Below are positions 32,105-45,280 of a stretch of 64,000 bases of DNA, piece after piece. Source of the stretch: Cetorhinus maximus. Its lineage: Eukaryota. Made by a program: the position numbers and the translations under genes. Position 1 is the stretch's first letter. Every line of letters begins with the position of its first letter. Location: contig NC_135901.1 in the NCBI RefSeq assembly GCF_964194155.1, forward strand, positions 24,614,001-24,678,000, read 5' to 3'. The notes under the pieces were generated by a model. The model saw nothing but the letters and a program-made list of their open reading frames with translations. It was not told the origin of the DNA and ran no database searches.

Positions 32105-34080
32105 ATTTTTGGAAAAGTATATTTTATTCATAAAATATCTAAAAGAACACTATAAACCATTTTAAAATGGCCACTTTGACAGTGCAATGATACTCAAACA
32201 TTCTACATAGATCATTTTGCAGTCTGACATGCTACAATACAATTGTGATACATGTAATATTTACTGTATACATCCAGTGTGACTCACTAATTTTTTTTGG
32301 AAAAATATACTTTATTCATTAAATATTTGAAAGAACATTATAAAACATTTCAAACTGGCCATCACAAAAATTGCAATCATATTCAAGTTATCCACATAGA
32401 TCATGAAGTGCTTGAATACAATAAATGAACATTACAGATATTTCAACATGGTCATTATAGACAGTGCCATGGTATTTAAGTTATCTACATGGATCATGCT
32501 GTACTCTGAGGTGCTTCAATACAATTGTGACACATGTAGTATTCGGTGTGAGTCATATAGCCTGAGGGGTCAATACAATTCCCAGCCCTTCTGTGCACTA
32601 TGACTGAAAGGTACTAGACATCGACCTTTCCCCATTGCACCTTTGCGGCGGCTTCCCCAAGCTTTAGTGCATCTCTCAGCACATATTCCTAGACCTTGGA
32701 ATGTGCCAGTCTGCAGCACTCGGTCAGGGAGAACTCTTTGCACTGGAAAACCAACAAGTTTTGGGCAGATCAAAGAGCGCCTTTCATCGAGTTGATGATC
32801 CTCCAGCTGCAGTTGATGTTTGTCTCAGTGTGTGTCCCTTGGAACAGCCCGTAGAGCAGAGTCCAGTGTCAAAGAACTGCTTGGGATGAACCTCGACAAA
32901 AACCACTACATTTCTCTCCAGACCTTCTTTGCAAAGGCACATTCCACAAGGAGGTGAACAACCACCTAAAGGGCAATGTGCGGAGGGGGTGAGACTCCTG
33001 CCATGTTGGAAGGATCTAATGGGGAGGGTCTTTCTCACCACCAGCCAAACTATGCCTTGGGTTGGAAAAGTTATGGAAATGAGGCTTTCTGCCAAATAAT
33101 TTTGACAGTCTGTTCGGGGAACCATCCAAGAGGATCTACCATCTCCTTTTCCCACAGGGCCTCTAGGACATTATGTGCTGACCACTGCCTGATGGACTTG
33201 TGTTCAACGGTTTTTTTTTAAATATTCGTTCATGGGATGGGATGGGCCAGCACTTATTGCCCACCACTAATTGCCCTTGTTTAGCGGGCATTTGAGGGTC
33301 AACCACATTGCAGTGGGCCTGGAGTCACACGTAAGCCAGACCAGGTAAGGACATCAAATTTCCTTCCCTAAAGGACATTAGTGAACCAGATGGGCTTTAA
33401 CAACAAACATCAATGTTTTTCAGAAATTCCAGATTTTTTTTTATTGAATTCAAATTCCACCACCTGCCATGGTGGGATTCGAACCCACGTCCCCAGTGCA
33501 TTACCCTGGGCCTCAGGATTACCAATCCAGTGACAATACCACTATGCCTCCACGTCCCCTAAAGGTGCTTCTCTGCATAATTTTTTCCACGAGGGGTAGG
33601 TGATATGGCATGGGTCTAACTCCTTTGAGTGTTCTGTGGAAGCGTGGCCCCCCCATCCTTCACAATACTGGGGACAGGTAGAACCTCAGCACGTAGTGAA
33701 ACTTGGTGTTTGCGTACCGAGGGTCTGCACACAGCTTGATGCAGCCACACACAAAGGTGGCCATCAGGATGAGAGCGATGTTGGTCACGTTTTTCTCCCT
33801 TCATCTAGAGATTTGTACATCATGTCCCTGTGAACACGATCCATTTTCGACCACCAGATAAAGTGAAAGATAGCTTGGCTGGTCGCCACAGCACAGGAGT
33901 GAGCCAGACCTGTATCATGTACAGCAACACCGAGAGTGCCTTACATCTGATGACCAAGTTCTTAGCCACAATGGAGAGGGACCGTCGCTCCAACATACCC
34001 AGTTTTCTTTTCACCATGGCCACTTGCTCCTTCCAGTTTCTAATGTACGCCCTGGTCCCTCCGAATCATATCCCCAGCAC
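32105..34080 (-). mobile_element. Tx1/L1-clade LINE 3' part with duplicated 3' end
   Basis: KLGMLERRSLSIVAKNLVIRC..LSVLLY and WLVVRKTLPIRSF..CPLGGC. A ~190-bp duplicated AT-rich end at 32105-32480. Confidence 0.7.
33210..33560 (-). mobile_element. tRNA-derived SINE nested in the Tx1 LINE
   Basis: Reverse B-box GGTTCGAATCCC, Deu-like core and tail. Confidence 0.8.
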
Positions 34081-34179
34081 TGAAATACAGAAGTACATTT
34101 CACTGATAGAATTAAACACGTACAGCAAGCAGAGTGGAACCTCCTGAGAGCCCACCATCTTTACAGTTAGTACGTGCAG

Positions 34180-34990
34180 AACCACAGAATGTTATAATGC
34201 AGAAGGAGTCCATTCAGCCCATCATGTCTGCACCAGTTCTCCAAATGAGGATTATGACTTAGTGCCATTCTTCTGCCTTTTCCCCGTGCTCTTGTGCATT
34301 GTTTTTATTCAAATAGTCATCTAATGCCCTCTTGAATGCCTCGATTGAATGTGCCTCCACCACATTTCCAGGCAGTGCATTCCAGACTCGAACCACTCAC
34401 TGTGTGAAAAAATTTCTCCCAATGTCAAACATACGAACAGAGATCAGGAGGAGGCTATTCGGCCTCTAGAGTCTGCTCTGCCATTTAATAAGATCATGTC
34501 TGATCTGATAGTAACCTCAAATCTGCATCCTACCTACCCCCAATAACGTATCACCCCCGTGCTTGCCAAGAATCTATCCACCTCTGCCTTAAATATATTC
34601 AAAGACTCCGCTTCCACTACCTTTTCAGGAAGAAAGTTCCAAAAACTCACAACCCTCTGAGAGAAAAAAAAAATCGCCTCATCTCCGTTTTAAATGGCGG
34701 CCCCTTATTTTTAAACAGTGACCCCTAGTTCTAGATTCTCCTGCATGAGGAAACACCCTTTCCACATGCACCCTGTCAAGAACCCTCAGGATCTTATATG
34801 TTTCAATCAAGTTGCCTCCTACTCTTCTAAACTCCAGCGGATACAAGCCTAGCCCGTCCAACCTTTCCTCATAAGACAACCCGCCCATTCCAGGTATTAA
34901 CCTGGTAAACCTTCTATGAAATGCTTCCAACGAATTTATATCCTTCCTTAAATAAGGTGACCAATATTGTAAACAGTACTCCAGATGTAC
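34180..34990 (-). mobile_element. Two CR1 3' fragments
   Basis: RRFTRLIPGMGGLSYEERL..GNLIETYKIL and two tails. Confidence 0.85.
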
Positions 34991-36599
34991 TCACTAGTGC
35001 TCATTTCACATTAGCTTATTTTGCAAATCACTTTAAATCTGAGCAAAGACTTGGAAAACCATCTCATTAAAATAAGTGATATATATGGTTACTGTTTATA
35101 ATTGTGACTGGGGTCACATTCGAGGTACATGCAGCTGGCACCTCCCAGGTTTATTAACAAACGCCCTCCAGGCCTATTTCATCCCAAGAATCTTGACCTC
35201 TGCCTCAACCTTTACCATCCCTGTATGCTCAGCTCACACTGCCCAACAACCAACCACTCCTGCACTGGGGACAGGGTTTCAATTATATCAAGATGGAACA
35301 ATCAGCCTCTCCAACACTGGGGAACTGCATTTCCTTCATATCATAGAATCATGCAATGGTTAAAGCACAGAAGACAAGCATTTGACAAATCATGTCTGTG
35401 CCAACTCTGCAAGAGTAGCTCATCTTTGGCCAGTAGAATTGCAAATGTTTTCTCTTCAGATAATTGTCCAATTCTCTATTGAACCTGGCTCCACCGCATT
35501 CTCAGGCAGTGCATTCCAGGTCCCATCCACAACATAAAACAATGTTTCCTCATGTCACCAATGCTTCTTTTTCAATCACCTTAAATGAGTGCCCTCTGGT
35601 CCGATTTTTATCTCAAATATGACTTGCTAGAACAAACCTCTATTGCAGATCCATAGTGCAAATGTGGTAAATGCCTTTACTATTAAGAAATGTTTACTAA
35701 ACTTATTAGAGTTATTTGTGATATTTGTGTCTTCCATCTGGCTTCTCCCTGTCAACATTCTCCACCTCAGATCTCAGGAACCTTCTTCCTTTGGTAGCTT
35801 CAAATATTATCTCCTGATCAGTGCAAACGTTCCCATTCTATTTTTGTCTTCTTATAATCTGTCTTGGAATTCTCTTAAGCAAGCAGATCATCAATATAAG
35901 GTGAATTGGCATCATCTGTAATACTAGCAGGAAAGTAGTGGCTGCAATTATTCAAGGATGTTGTCCTGTATTGTAGACTATCTCCCACCAGGGCTGATCA
36001 CCAGGGTGGCAATAGACTGTTCAATGTTATTGTTTTGTTTTTGTTTCTCTCCCAGACTTTGTTCAATATGAATTTAAGGTTAAAATAATGGGGATTGGAT
36101 GGTCAAAACTGTTTGCAGTCCCTGCAGGGTAATATTCACTTGACATTCTGAAGCATTGTGGCCCTTCTCCCCAGTATCAGTCGAGTTTGTTGGTATGAGG
36201 ACAAATGTTGTCGACCTGATTGGACAGGAAGTATGTCCCCATGTATGTGGGTGCGCGCGTGTGTGTCTGTGTGTGTGAGTGCTGCGTAAAACCTGACATA
36301 CAGGTTTTGATATCATTGTTCAATATAGAAAACATAGGTCGTTTAAAAACTTTAATACTTATTCACCTTATCTCATCAATACAAGAGATCGTATTTGAGA
36401 TCAATTGTTTCTTTATAGTTGTTCTGAATGATGAGAGTATAACTTTCTCCCTAACCTATCCTAACCCTCCTGCCAGTTCATTTATTGAAACCAGGGACTC
36501 TTCTTGTTCTAATGGTGACATTCCCTGTCTGCCCAGTTATCCCTTGAAGTCAGTCCTTGAATTGTGTGTCCATTGTTTCATCATGTTCCCAATTTTCAC

Positions 36600-38350
36600 G
36601 AACAAATGTTGAAATGTTTGCTCCACACCCACAGGGTTTCATCTGTTTAAAGCCACAAACAGAAAGCTCCAGTTTTCTCCTGGAGTTTGAGACAAATCAG
36701 CTTTCAAAATGATGCAGAGTTTCAGCCAATGAGGGAGATCTGGGTTCAGCCTCGCCCCTCACTCACTCCGATTGGATGGAGGACCAGCCGCTCACTTGGT
36801 CCTCCAGTGTCATCCCTTTTTCCTATTGGTCTGGAACTGCCGTCAATCAGCTGGGCATTGTGAGCTGGAGCATGCTCATATAAATATAAAAACAAAAAAC
36901 TACTGCGGATGCTGGAAATCCAAAACAAAAACGCATCCGCCCTCACGCCTTCTCCTCCCTCCCAGAAACATGATAGGGTCCCCCTTGTCCTCACTTATCA
37001 CCCCACCAGCCTCCGCATTCAAAGGATCATCCTCCGCCATTTCCGCCAACTCCAGCATTATGCCACCACCAAACACATCTTCCCTTCACCCCCCCTGGTG
37101 GCATTCCATAGGGATCATTCTCTCCGGGACACCCTGGTCCACTCCTCCATCAGCCCCTACTCCTCAACCCCCACCTATGGCACCTCCCCATGCAAATGCA
37201 AAATATGCAACACCTGCCCCTTCACTTCCTCTCTCCTCACCGTCCAAGGGCCCAAACACTCCTTTCAAGTGAAGCAGCATTTCATTTGCATTTCCCCCAA
37301 CTTAGTCTACTGCATTCATTGCTCCCAATGCGGTCTCCTCTACATTGGAGAGACCAAACGTAAACTGGGCAACCGCTTTGCAGAATACCAGCGGTCTGTC
37401 CGCAAGAAAGACCCAAACCTCCCTGTCGCTTGCCATTTTAACACTCCACCCTGTTCTCTTGCCCACATGTCTGTCCTTGGCTTGCTGCATTGTTCCAGTG
37501 AAGCCCAACGCAAACTGGAGGAACAGCACCTCATCTTCTGACTAGGCACTTTACAGCCTTCTGGACTGAATATTGAATTCAACAACTTTAGATCTTGAAC
37601 TCCCTCGTCCATCCCCACCCCTTTCCGTTTCTTCCCCCTCCCTTTTGTTTTTTCTAATAATTTACATAGATTTTTCTTTTCCCACCTATTTCCATTATTT
37701 TTAAATCTATACCTGTAATGCCCTGTCAGTCTTTCCACCCCACCCCCACTACAGCTGTACCTTGAGTGTCCTGCCATCCATTCTTAATTAGCACATTCTC
37801 TTAGATAATATCACCACCTTCAACACCTCTTTGTTCCTGTATCTGTGATATCTTTTGATTATCTGCTCCTATCACTGTTCGCTTGTGCCTACAACCCCGC
37901 CCCCCAACTTCTCTCTCTTACCCCGCCACCCCCTCTTAAACCAGCTTATATTTCACCCCTCTCCTAATTTTACTCAGTTCTGTTGAAGGGTCATGAGGAC
38001 TCGAAACGTCAAATCTTTTCTTCTCCGCCGATGCTGCCAGACCTGCTGAGTTTTTCAAGGTAATTCTGTTTTTGTTTTGGAGCAATGAGGGAGTTCCGGG
38101 TTCAGCCCCGCCCCTCACTCACTCCGATTGGATGGAGGACCATCCGCGCCCACTTGGTCCTCCAGTGTCATCCCTTTTTCCTATTGGTCTGGAATTGCCG
38201 TCAATCAGCCGGGCATTGTGAGCTGGAGCATGCTCAGCAGGAATGCTGCTGCGTACCGGTGCGCAGGCGCCGCGCTGAAAGTGTCTGGTGCATGCGCAGT
38301 CCGAGTGGTGTCTTGTTTGCGGAGATTTTTTTTCGATTCTGGAGGCGGCG
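36600..38350 (+). promoter_or_regulatory. Type A ZNF promoter, split and partly duplicated by a Penelope insertion
   Basis: GC box and two ATTGG boxes occur at both 36727-36878 and 38083-38236. NRF1-like sites at 38260-38298. Inverse of 52000-52320. Confidence 0.7.
36879..38082 (+). mobile_element. Penelope-like element with short inverted tail at its 5' side
   Basis: ORF 36909-37541 RVPLVLTYHP...CKICNTC..VYCIHCSQCGLLYIGETKRKL (GIY-YIG with CCHH insert). Hammerhead at 37975-38013. Inverted tail at 36879-36930. Confidence 0.9.
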
Positions 38351-38469
38351 GCTGGACGGGGAGGATTTGGAAACACTTTGTGGATCCGCAAACCCTGAGG
38401 AATAATTCTCAGCTCCTGGTTTGCAGCTGCGGGGCTTCTCCCTCCCGGGAACAGGCCCAGGTTAACGGC

Positions 38470-39444
38470 AACAAAAACAGAATTACCTGGAAAAACTCAG
38501 CAGGTCTGGCAGCATCGGTGGAGAAGAAATCAGTTAACGTTTCGAGTCCTCAAGACCCTTCAGCAGAACTGAGTATAGTTAGAAGAAAGGTGAAATATAA
38601 GCTGGTCTAAGGTGGGGGGCGGGGGGGGGGGAGAGAGAAGTTGAGGGTGGGGTGATTGTGGGGATAAGCAAGCAGTGATAGGAGCAGATAATCAAAAGAT
38701 GTCACAGACAAAAGGATCAAAGAGGTGTTGAAGGTGGTGATATTATCTAAGAAAAGTGCTAATTAAGAATGGAAGGCAGGATACTCAAGGTACAGCTCTA
38801 GTGGGGGTGGGGTGGAAAGACTAACAAAGTTTTAGTTTTAGATTTAAAAATAATGGAAATAGGTGGGAAAAGAAGAATCTATATAAATTATTGAAAAAAA
38901 AGGGGGGGAGGGGAGAGAAACGGGGTGGGGATGGGGGGAGGGGGAGTTTACAATCTAAAGTTGTTGAATTCAATATTCAGCCCGGAAGGCTGTAAAGTGC
39001 CTAGTCGGAAGATGAGGTGCTGTTCCTCCAGTTTGCGCTGGGCTTCACTGGAACAATGCAGCAAGCCAAGGACAGACATGTGGGCAAGAGAACAGGGTGG
39101 AGTGTTAAAATGGCAAGCGACAGGGAGGTTTGGGTCTTTCTTGTGGACAGACCGCAGGTGTTCTGCAAAGCGGTCGCCCAGTTTGCATTTGGTCTCTCCA
39201 ATGTAGAGGAGACCGCATTGGGAGCAACAAATGAAGTAGACTGAGTTAGGGGAAATGCAAGTGAAATGCTGTTTCACCTCTCTCCTAACTATACTCAGTT
39301 CTGCCGAAGGGTCGTGAGGACTCGAAACATTAACTGATTTCTTCTCCACCGATGCTGCCAGACCTGCTGAGTTTTTCCAGGTAATTCTGTTTTTGTTTTG
39401 GATTTCCAGCATCCGCAGTAGCTTTTAGCTTTTTGTTTTTATCT
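38470..39444 (-). mobile_element. Penelope-like element with inverted pLTR, inserted in ZNF exon 1
   Basis: GIY-YIG ORF 38948-39270. Inverted repeats 38470-38595 and 39272-39396. TSD CCAGGTTAACGGC at 38457-38469 and 39445-39457. Hammerheads at 38530-38572(-) and 39295-39337(+). Confidence 0.9.
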
Positions 39445-39850
39445 CCAGGTTAACGGCCGCCATCCTGGGTCAGCGAGTGGAGGATGGTTCACATCAGAGG
39501 ATGGGGGAGGGGGACAATAAATAAGAGGTTACACTTTGGGCTCAAATCAATTTGGAATCTGAACTGTGGGAAGGAAGGAAACCCTGGGAGGTGGGCGGGG
39601 AGGATTCAGAAACACCCGCTGGAGGCCCCAAACCCCCAATAAGACTCATTGATTTTATTGTCAGTCTGCAGACAGGAGCTGGAGAACTGAACCCAGGCAG
39701 AGGAGAGGGAGGGAGAAAACTGGGAGTGGAGGAAAGAAATGGTGAGATGGGTTTGGATTTCAGGCCAGGGAGGAGGGAGAGTGTGTAGGATGGGGATGTA
39801 CAGCTTTCTGTACAGCTCTCTCACTTTTTTTCTGTTTTAAATCAATTTAA

Positions 39851-40354
<504 letters not shown>

Positions 40355-40409
40355 ACCATGATCATTCTGATCATTTAGGTTTGTTTCTGCTGATGTTTGA
40401 TGTTATTCA

Positions 40410-40764
40410 GGGAAGATGGTGGCGTAGTGGTAATGTCAGTAGACTAATAATCCAGAGGTTCAGGCTAATCCTCTGGGAACATGGGTTCAAATCCCGCCAC
40501 AACAGCTGGAGGAATTTAAAATCAATTAATAAATCTGGAATATAAAGCTAGTCTCAGGAATGGTCACCATGAAACCATCATCAGTTGTTGTAAAAACCCA
40601 TCTGGTTCACTAATATCCTTTAAGGAAATCTGCCATCCTAACTGGTCTGGCTGCATTGTGACTCCAGACCGACAGCAATGTGCTTTTCTCTTAACTGCCC
40701 TCTGCAATGGCTCTGCAAGGCACTCAGTTCAAGGACAATTAAAGATGGGCAACAAATGCTCAAA
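40410..40764 (+). mobile_element. tRNA-derived SINE in ZNF 3' UTR
   Basis: GGTGGCGTAGTGGT and GGTTCAAATCCC. Probable TSD ATGTT(A/G)TTCA at ~40400 and ~42273. Confidence 0.8.
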
Positions 40765-42249
40765 CAGACATGTCCAAGGCCCAGCTGGTTGTGGCCCCTG
40801 AGGCATTTTCATCCGGCCTGCCACATCGTTGGAGTCAACCGTCCAAGACTTCCCAGACTGAATTTTGACAAATGCTCAGAGAATCTGCTCATCCAATCAT
40901 AAACGTTTTTCTCCATGCAATGGCTGTTGATAGGCTCACCAGTGGCTGGCTATGTGGGGCGGGAACGGCCTGTGATTGGTCAAGCATTATGTCATCATTT
41001 GCCATGAAAGTTTTTAAAATAGCTATTTCTGGCCGGGGTACTCAGAGCAACAGGTAAGTTCACCAGGGGGTGGGTGCTTGGAGCCAGGGGGGAGGGCAGT
41101 GGCAGTGCTCAGAGCGGGGGGTGATCAGAGCTGGGGGCAGGGTCTTTGAGCTATGGGAGCCAGGGTGCTTGGAGCTATGGGGGCCGGGGTGCTCAGAGCT
41201 GGGGCGAGGGGCGGAGGTGCTCGGAGCCGGGGGGGCGTTGGGTGGGGGGGTGGGGGGTGGCGGGAGGATGGTGCTCAGAGCTGGGGTAGGGTTAAATCTT
41301 GGAGGGGTGGTGCTTGGAGCTAGCAGACTGGGGGAGGGTGTGCCTCGGCCCCAGCCTCCAACTCGGTCCTGAACACCACCCTGACCCCACCCCCACCCCA
41401 CCCGGACCCCCACCTCGGCCCAACCCCAGCCTCCAGAGCCCGGGACCTCATGAGGCCTCGGCGACCTAAATTTCAATTTGCTCAGAGCTGGCAGGATTGG
41501 GGGGGTGGGGGGGTGGTTCTTGGGGTTGGGGCGGCGTGTGCTCAGAGCTGGTGGGCTCAAGGAGTTGGGAGCTTGGAGCTGGCGGGATCAGCGGGGTGTC
41601 GGTGCTTGGAGCTGGCGGGCTCGGGGGGTGGTTGGGTGCTTGGAGCTGGCGGGCTCGGGAGAGGGAGTTTGGGTGCTTGGAGCTGGCGGGCTCGATGGGT
41701 GGTTGGGTGCTTGGAGCTGGCGGGCTCGGGGGAGGGAGTTTGGGTGCTTGGAGCTTGCGGGCTCGGGTGGGGGGTGACCTCTGTTTCGACCTTGACAGCC
41801 ACCGACTTCTGGCGGCCTCAACTTTAATTTTCACCGGTGGGGGCAGGGTGCTCGGAGGTGGTAGCGCCGGACACTTGAGGTGGCCCCCATTTTATTTTCA
41901 CCCGTTCCCGGAGCGGGTGGAGCCGGCCCTCAGGTGGCCTCACCGTGAATTTGAGCAGGGCTGAGCTGGGCCCTGTTACCCCTTGTGGAGGGAAGGGCAG
42001 AGCAGGGCAACAGGGCAGTACTAAACGGGGTGAGCTCCAGGGGAGGGGGTGGTGGGTGGTACAAAGGCAGGCATTGAGTTCCTGTGCATGGGGAAAACAT
42101 GGGCAGAGACCTCACTGAATCAGTGCTGAATGGGCGGAGCAGAGAGCGCTGTAAGGCCTAAAACATGCACTTCAGCCCCCGCCCCCCAACCCCGAGGGAG
42201 AGAAAATCTGAAACGTGGGCCTCCGAGCGAAAAAGGTTGGACAAGCCTG
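40765..42249. mobile_element. Non-autonomous hAT-like element with internal G-rich minisatellite
   Basis: TIRs CAGACATGTCCAA / TTGGACAAGCCTG, 8-bp flanks TGCTCAAA/TTCTAAAA, and GGGTGCTTGGAGCTGGCGGGCTCGG repeats at 41070-41770. Confidence 0.65.
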
Positions 42250-42826
42250 TTCTAAAAGAATAAAGAAAAATAATGTTGTTCATCCTTACAACTGGGCTGG
42301 AGCTTAATATTCTGGATTGACAGCTGATTGTGTTCTCGGGGCTGCAGTGTCCCTTTGAGAATCATTGTCTTGGGACATCTCCAATTGGAAAATGCTGATT
42401 AATTCTTCCTGACAATTCTTACTGACTTGCACATTACACAGAGTGACACCTCCATTATCCACTAGAATGAAGGGGAATAGGAATTGGTGGAGAACCGAGA
42501 GTCCCCAAATGTTACCCCTCCCGCCTGGTACAGAAATCCCCTCGTCATGGGAATGGAGACAAGTCCAACTGAAGTAACCAGACATTGCGTCTGTTTCAGC
42601 TAAACAGAATAAGTGACAGCCATTCACTGACTCATTTCTCAGGGCAATGCCCTGACCAATCAGTGTCAAGCTGCCTGGTTTAAATTTCAAACAATGCTTG
42701 GCAATTAACTGTCAGTCACCATCAGCGGTGCATTCTCCATGGCAACGCCACTTGCCAACCAATTAATACTCTCTTCATATATATAGTAAATTGTTGTTTT
42801 CTCCCTTATGTTGGTATTCTTGCGAG

Positions 42827-42860
42827 TGTCCTGATGAGTGCAAGACAAAAAACGTAGACA
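42827..42860 (+). ncRNA. Degenerate minimal hammerhead (same family as 11824-11857)
   Basis: TGTC-CTGATGA-GTGCAAGAC-AAAA-AACGTA-GACA, with G12 lost. Flanks are homologous to 11800-11900. Confidence 0.6.
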
Positions 42861-43012
42861 TCTCTTTTTTTCAGCAATAGCTTCAGTATGTTATGCACAG
42901 TATGTAATCAAAAAATTAGGGGAATGAGCTCTCGTGTAGAAATAACTAGTTTAACTAGAAAGCAGAATTGTGAGAAATGAATAAAGATATTTCCTTCTCA
43001 AAGAAGGGGGGC

Positions 43013-43651
43013 TGTAAGAAATGGTACCTTTAAGACTATTACAGAATTATTATCGAATCAGCAGAGATTACATGAGACTGTCTGACACAAGGTTGTTACT
43101 TTTCTCTCTCTCACTTTGAAAAAATAGTTCTTAACAGCCAGAGCCAGGGAAAAACAAAGATAACAGCCAAGGAGAATCTCGACAAGTGTCTGGCAGGAGT
43201 TAACAGATGGCACCAAGCACGAGATAAGCTGCAAAATGACCTTGAGGTAAAGTGATGGACAGGGGGAGGTGACACCATGGTTACCTTGCCTCTGGTCACT
43301 GGCCAGATAGGGATTGAACAAGTGATTGACATGGGATAAACTACCAGCCCCTAGAAATAAAGTATATTAACGGGTGCTCAGAGGGAAAGAGGGCAGTCCT
43401 CATCGCCAGAAACATTCCTAACTTCCTAACCCCTCGGTCAGTTCGAGAAGACAGAACAAAAGAGAAAGCAGCTACAAACATCGAACAAGAGACTGCTGTC
43501 AAAACCACTCTCACCTGTCACAGGTCAGATGTAATTTTATGTCCATGTAGTTTGTGCATCATATTTAATCTATGATTCTTCTTAATAAGCTACTTAATAA
43601 TTAATAAACAATGTTTTGGATAATCTGCAACTTCCGAACCTTAATCTTACA
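43013..43651 (+). mobile_element. LTR
   Basis: TGTAAGA...TCTTACA termini, purine tract AAGAAGGGGGG immediately upstream, TATA-like motif at ~43363, AATAAA at 43603. Confidence 0.65.
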
Positions 43652-44190
43652 GAGGTGAGGATTAAGGAGACTAGGGGGGTGGGGGGAAGGGAGAGCACTT
43701 CAAAAGGAAGTAAATTTGTGTTGGAGATGTTTAAAAGACTCGACACACTCCGTGTTTAACAGAAAACTGATTTATTTGACTTTTGCTGCGGGACACACAG
43801 TAAGTCCAGTGTCTGAAAGTGATTAACAGGCTGGGTTTTGTGTTTATCCATCCCGGCTGTGTGACCAATACCTTCTCTGGACCCCAAGGCTCGGCGAGAC
43901 ACTCTGGAAGGTATGGGGAGCTGGGACTTGTTCATGAGAGTAACCGAAGGTATGAGAACTAAAATCATTGAAAGTTAGAAAGGAGAAAAGGCCCAAAAAG
44001 CAGTCAGTGGAGAATTTAAGGACCCAACGCTCTGTGTTTCAAACAACATTAATATCTTGAGATCTGTCAAATGAATTAAACTTCAGCCCAGCTACAGGGC
44101 TATTAACATCAGCCCAACTGTCAGGATGAACCTGCTTCAGTCCTGGATGTGATTAACAGCTGTGATAACAGCAGAATCCAACCCCTGCAT

Positions 44191-45280
44191 TCAGTTGTGA
44201 ACACGCTGGTGTCTCATTAAGTGGGATGAATGAGTGAATCCATTCCCACACATGGAGCAGGTGAAAGGCCTCTCCTCAGTGTGAATTCGCTGGTGTCTCA
44301 GCAGAACACCTGGGGTTTTAAAAGTCTTCTCACATTCTGAACATTTGAAAGGTCTGTTATCAGTGTGAACAAGTTGATGTGAATTGAGGTGAGCTCGCCG
44401 AGTGAATCCTTTCATGCACACAGAGCAGGTGAACAACCTTTCCCCATTGTGAACCTGCTGGTGTGTCAGTAGGTGGGATGAACGGGTCAATCCCTTCCCA
44501 CATACGGAGCAAGTGAATGGCCTCTCCCCTGCGTGAATGCGCTGGTGCATCAGCAGATCCCTTGTGGTTTTAAAGTTCTTCTCATAGTCAGAACATTGGA
44601 AAGGTTTCCGATCAGAGTGAACTCACTGGTGCAGGTTGAGGTTGGTCAAACAAATAAATCCCTTCTGGCAGATGGAATAGATAAACGGCCTCTCCTCAGT
44701 GTGAACTCGCCGGTGTCTCAGCAGGTTACCTGTGGTTTTAAAGCTCTTCCCACATTCAGAACATTGGAAAGGTCTGATATCAGTGTGAACAAGTTGGTGT
44801 GAACTGAGGTGAGATAGTCGAGTGAATCCCTTCCCACACACGGGGAAGGTGAGTGCCCTCTCCCTGGTGTGAACTTGTTGGTGTTTTATGAGGTTCAGTG
44901 ATTGTCTAAACACTTTCCCGCAATGAGAACAACTGAACTGTCTCAGTGTGAACAAACTGGTGCTTGACCAGGTCGTCTCATCTTTTAAAGCTCTTCTCAC
45001 AATCAGAGCAGTTAAACAGCCTCTCATCAATGTGCACCAGCTGGTGTCTCAGCAGCTGGGACAGAAAATTGAATCTCTTCCCACACACAGAGCAGGTTAA
45101 CGGGTTCTTCCCGGTGTGAGTCCTCTGGTGTATATGTAAGCTGGAAGATAATGTGAATCCCTCCCCACACACCGAGCAGGTGAACGGCCTCTCCCCGGTG
45201 TGACTGCGTCGATGAATCTCCAGCTGCGATGGGTAATTGAATCCCTTCCCGCAGTCCTCACATTTCCATAGTTTCTCCAC
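44191..45280 (-). pseudogene. C2H2 ZNF pseudogene, ~13 finger units
   Basis: GTG start (VEKLWKC), TGA at 44978 and 44623, frameshift at ~44942, several Cys losses. Confidence 0.88.

Noticed and set aside
41060-41964. Pro/Gly-rich ORFs on both strands
   Set aside because: Products of the G-rich minisatellite in a DNA transposon.
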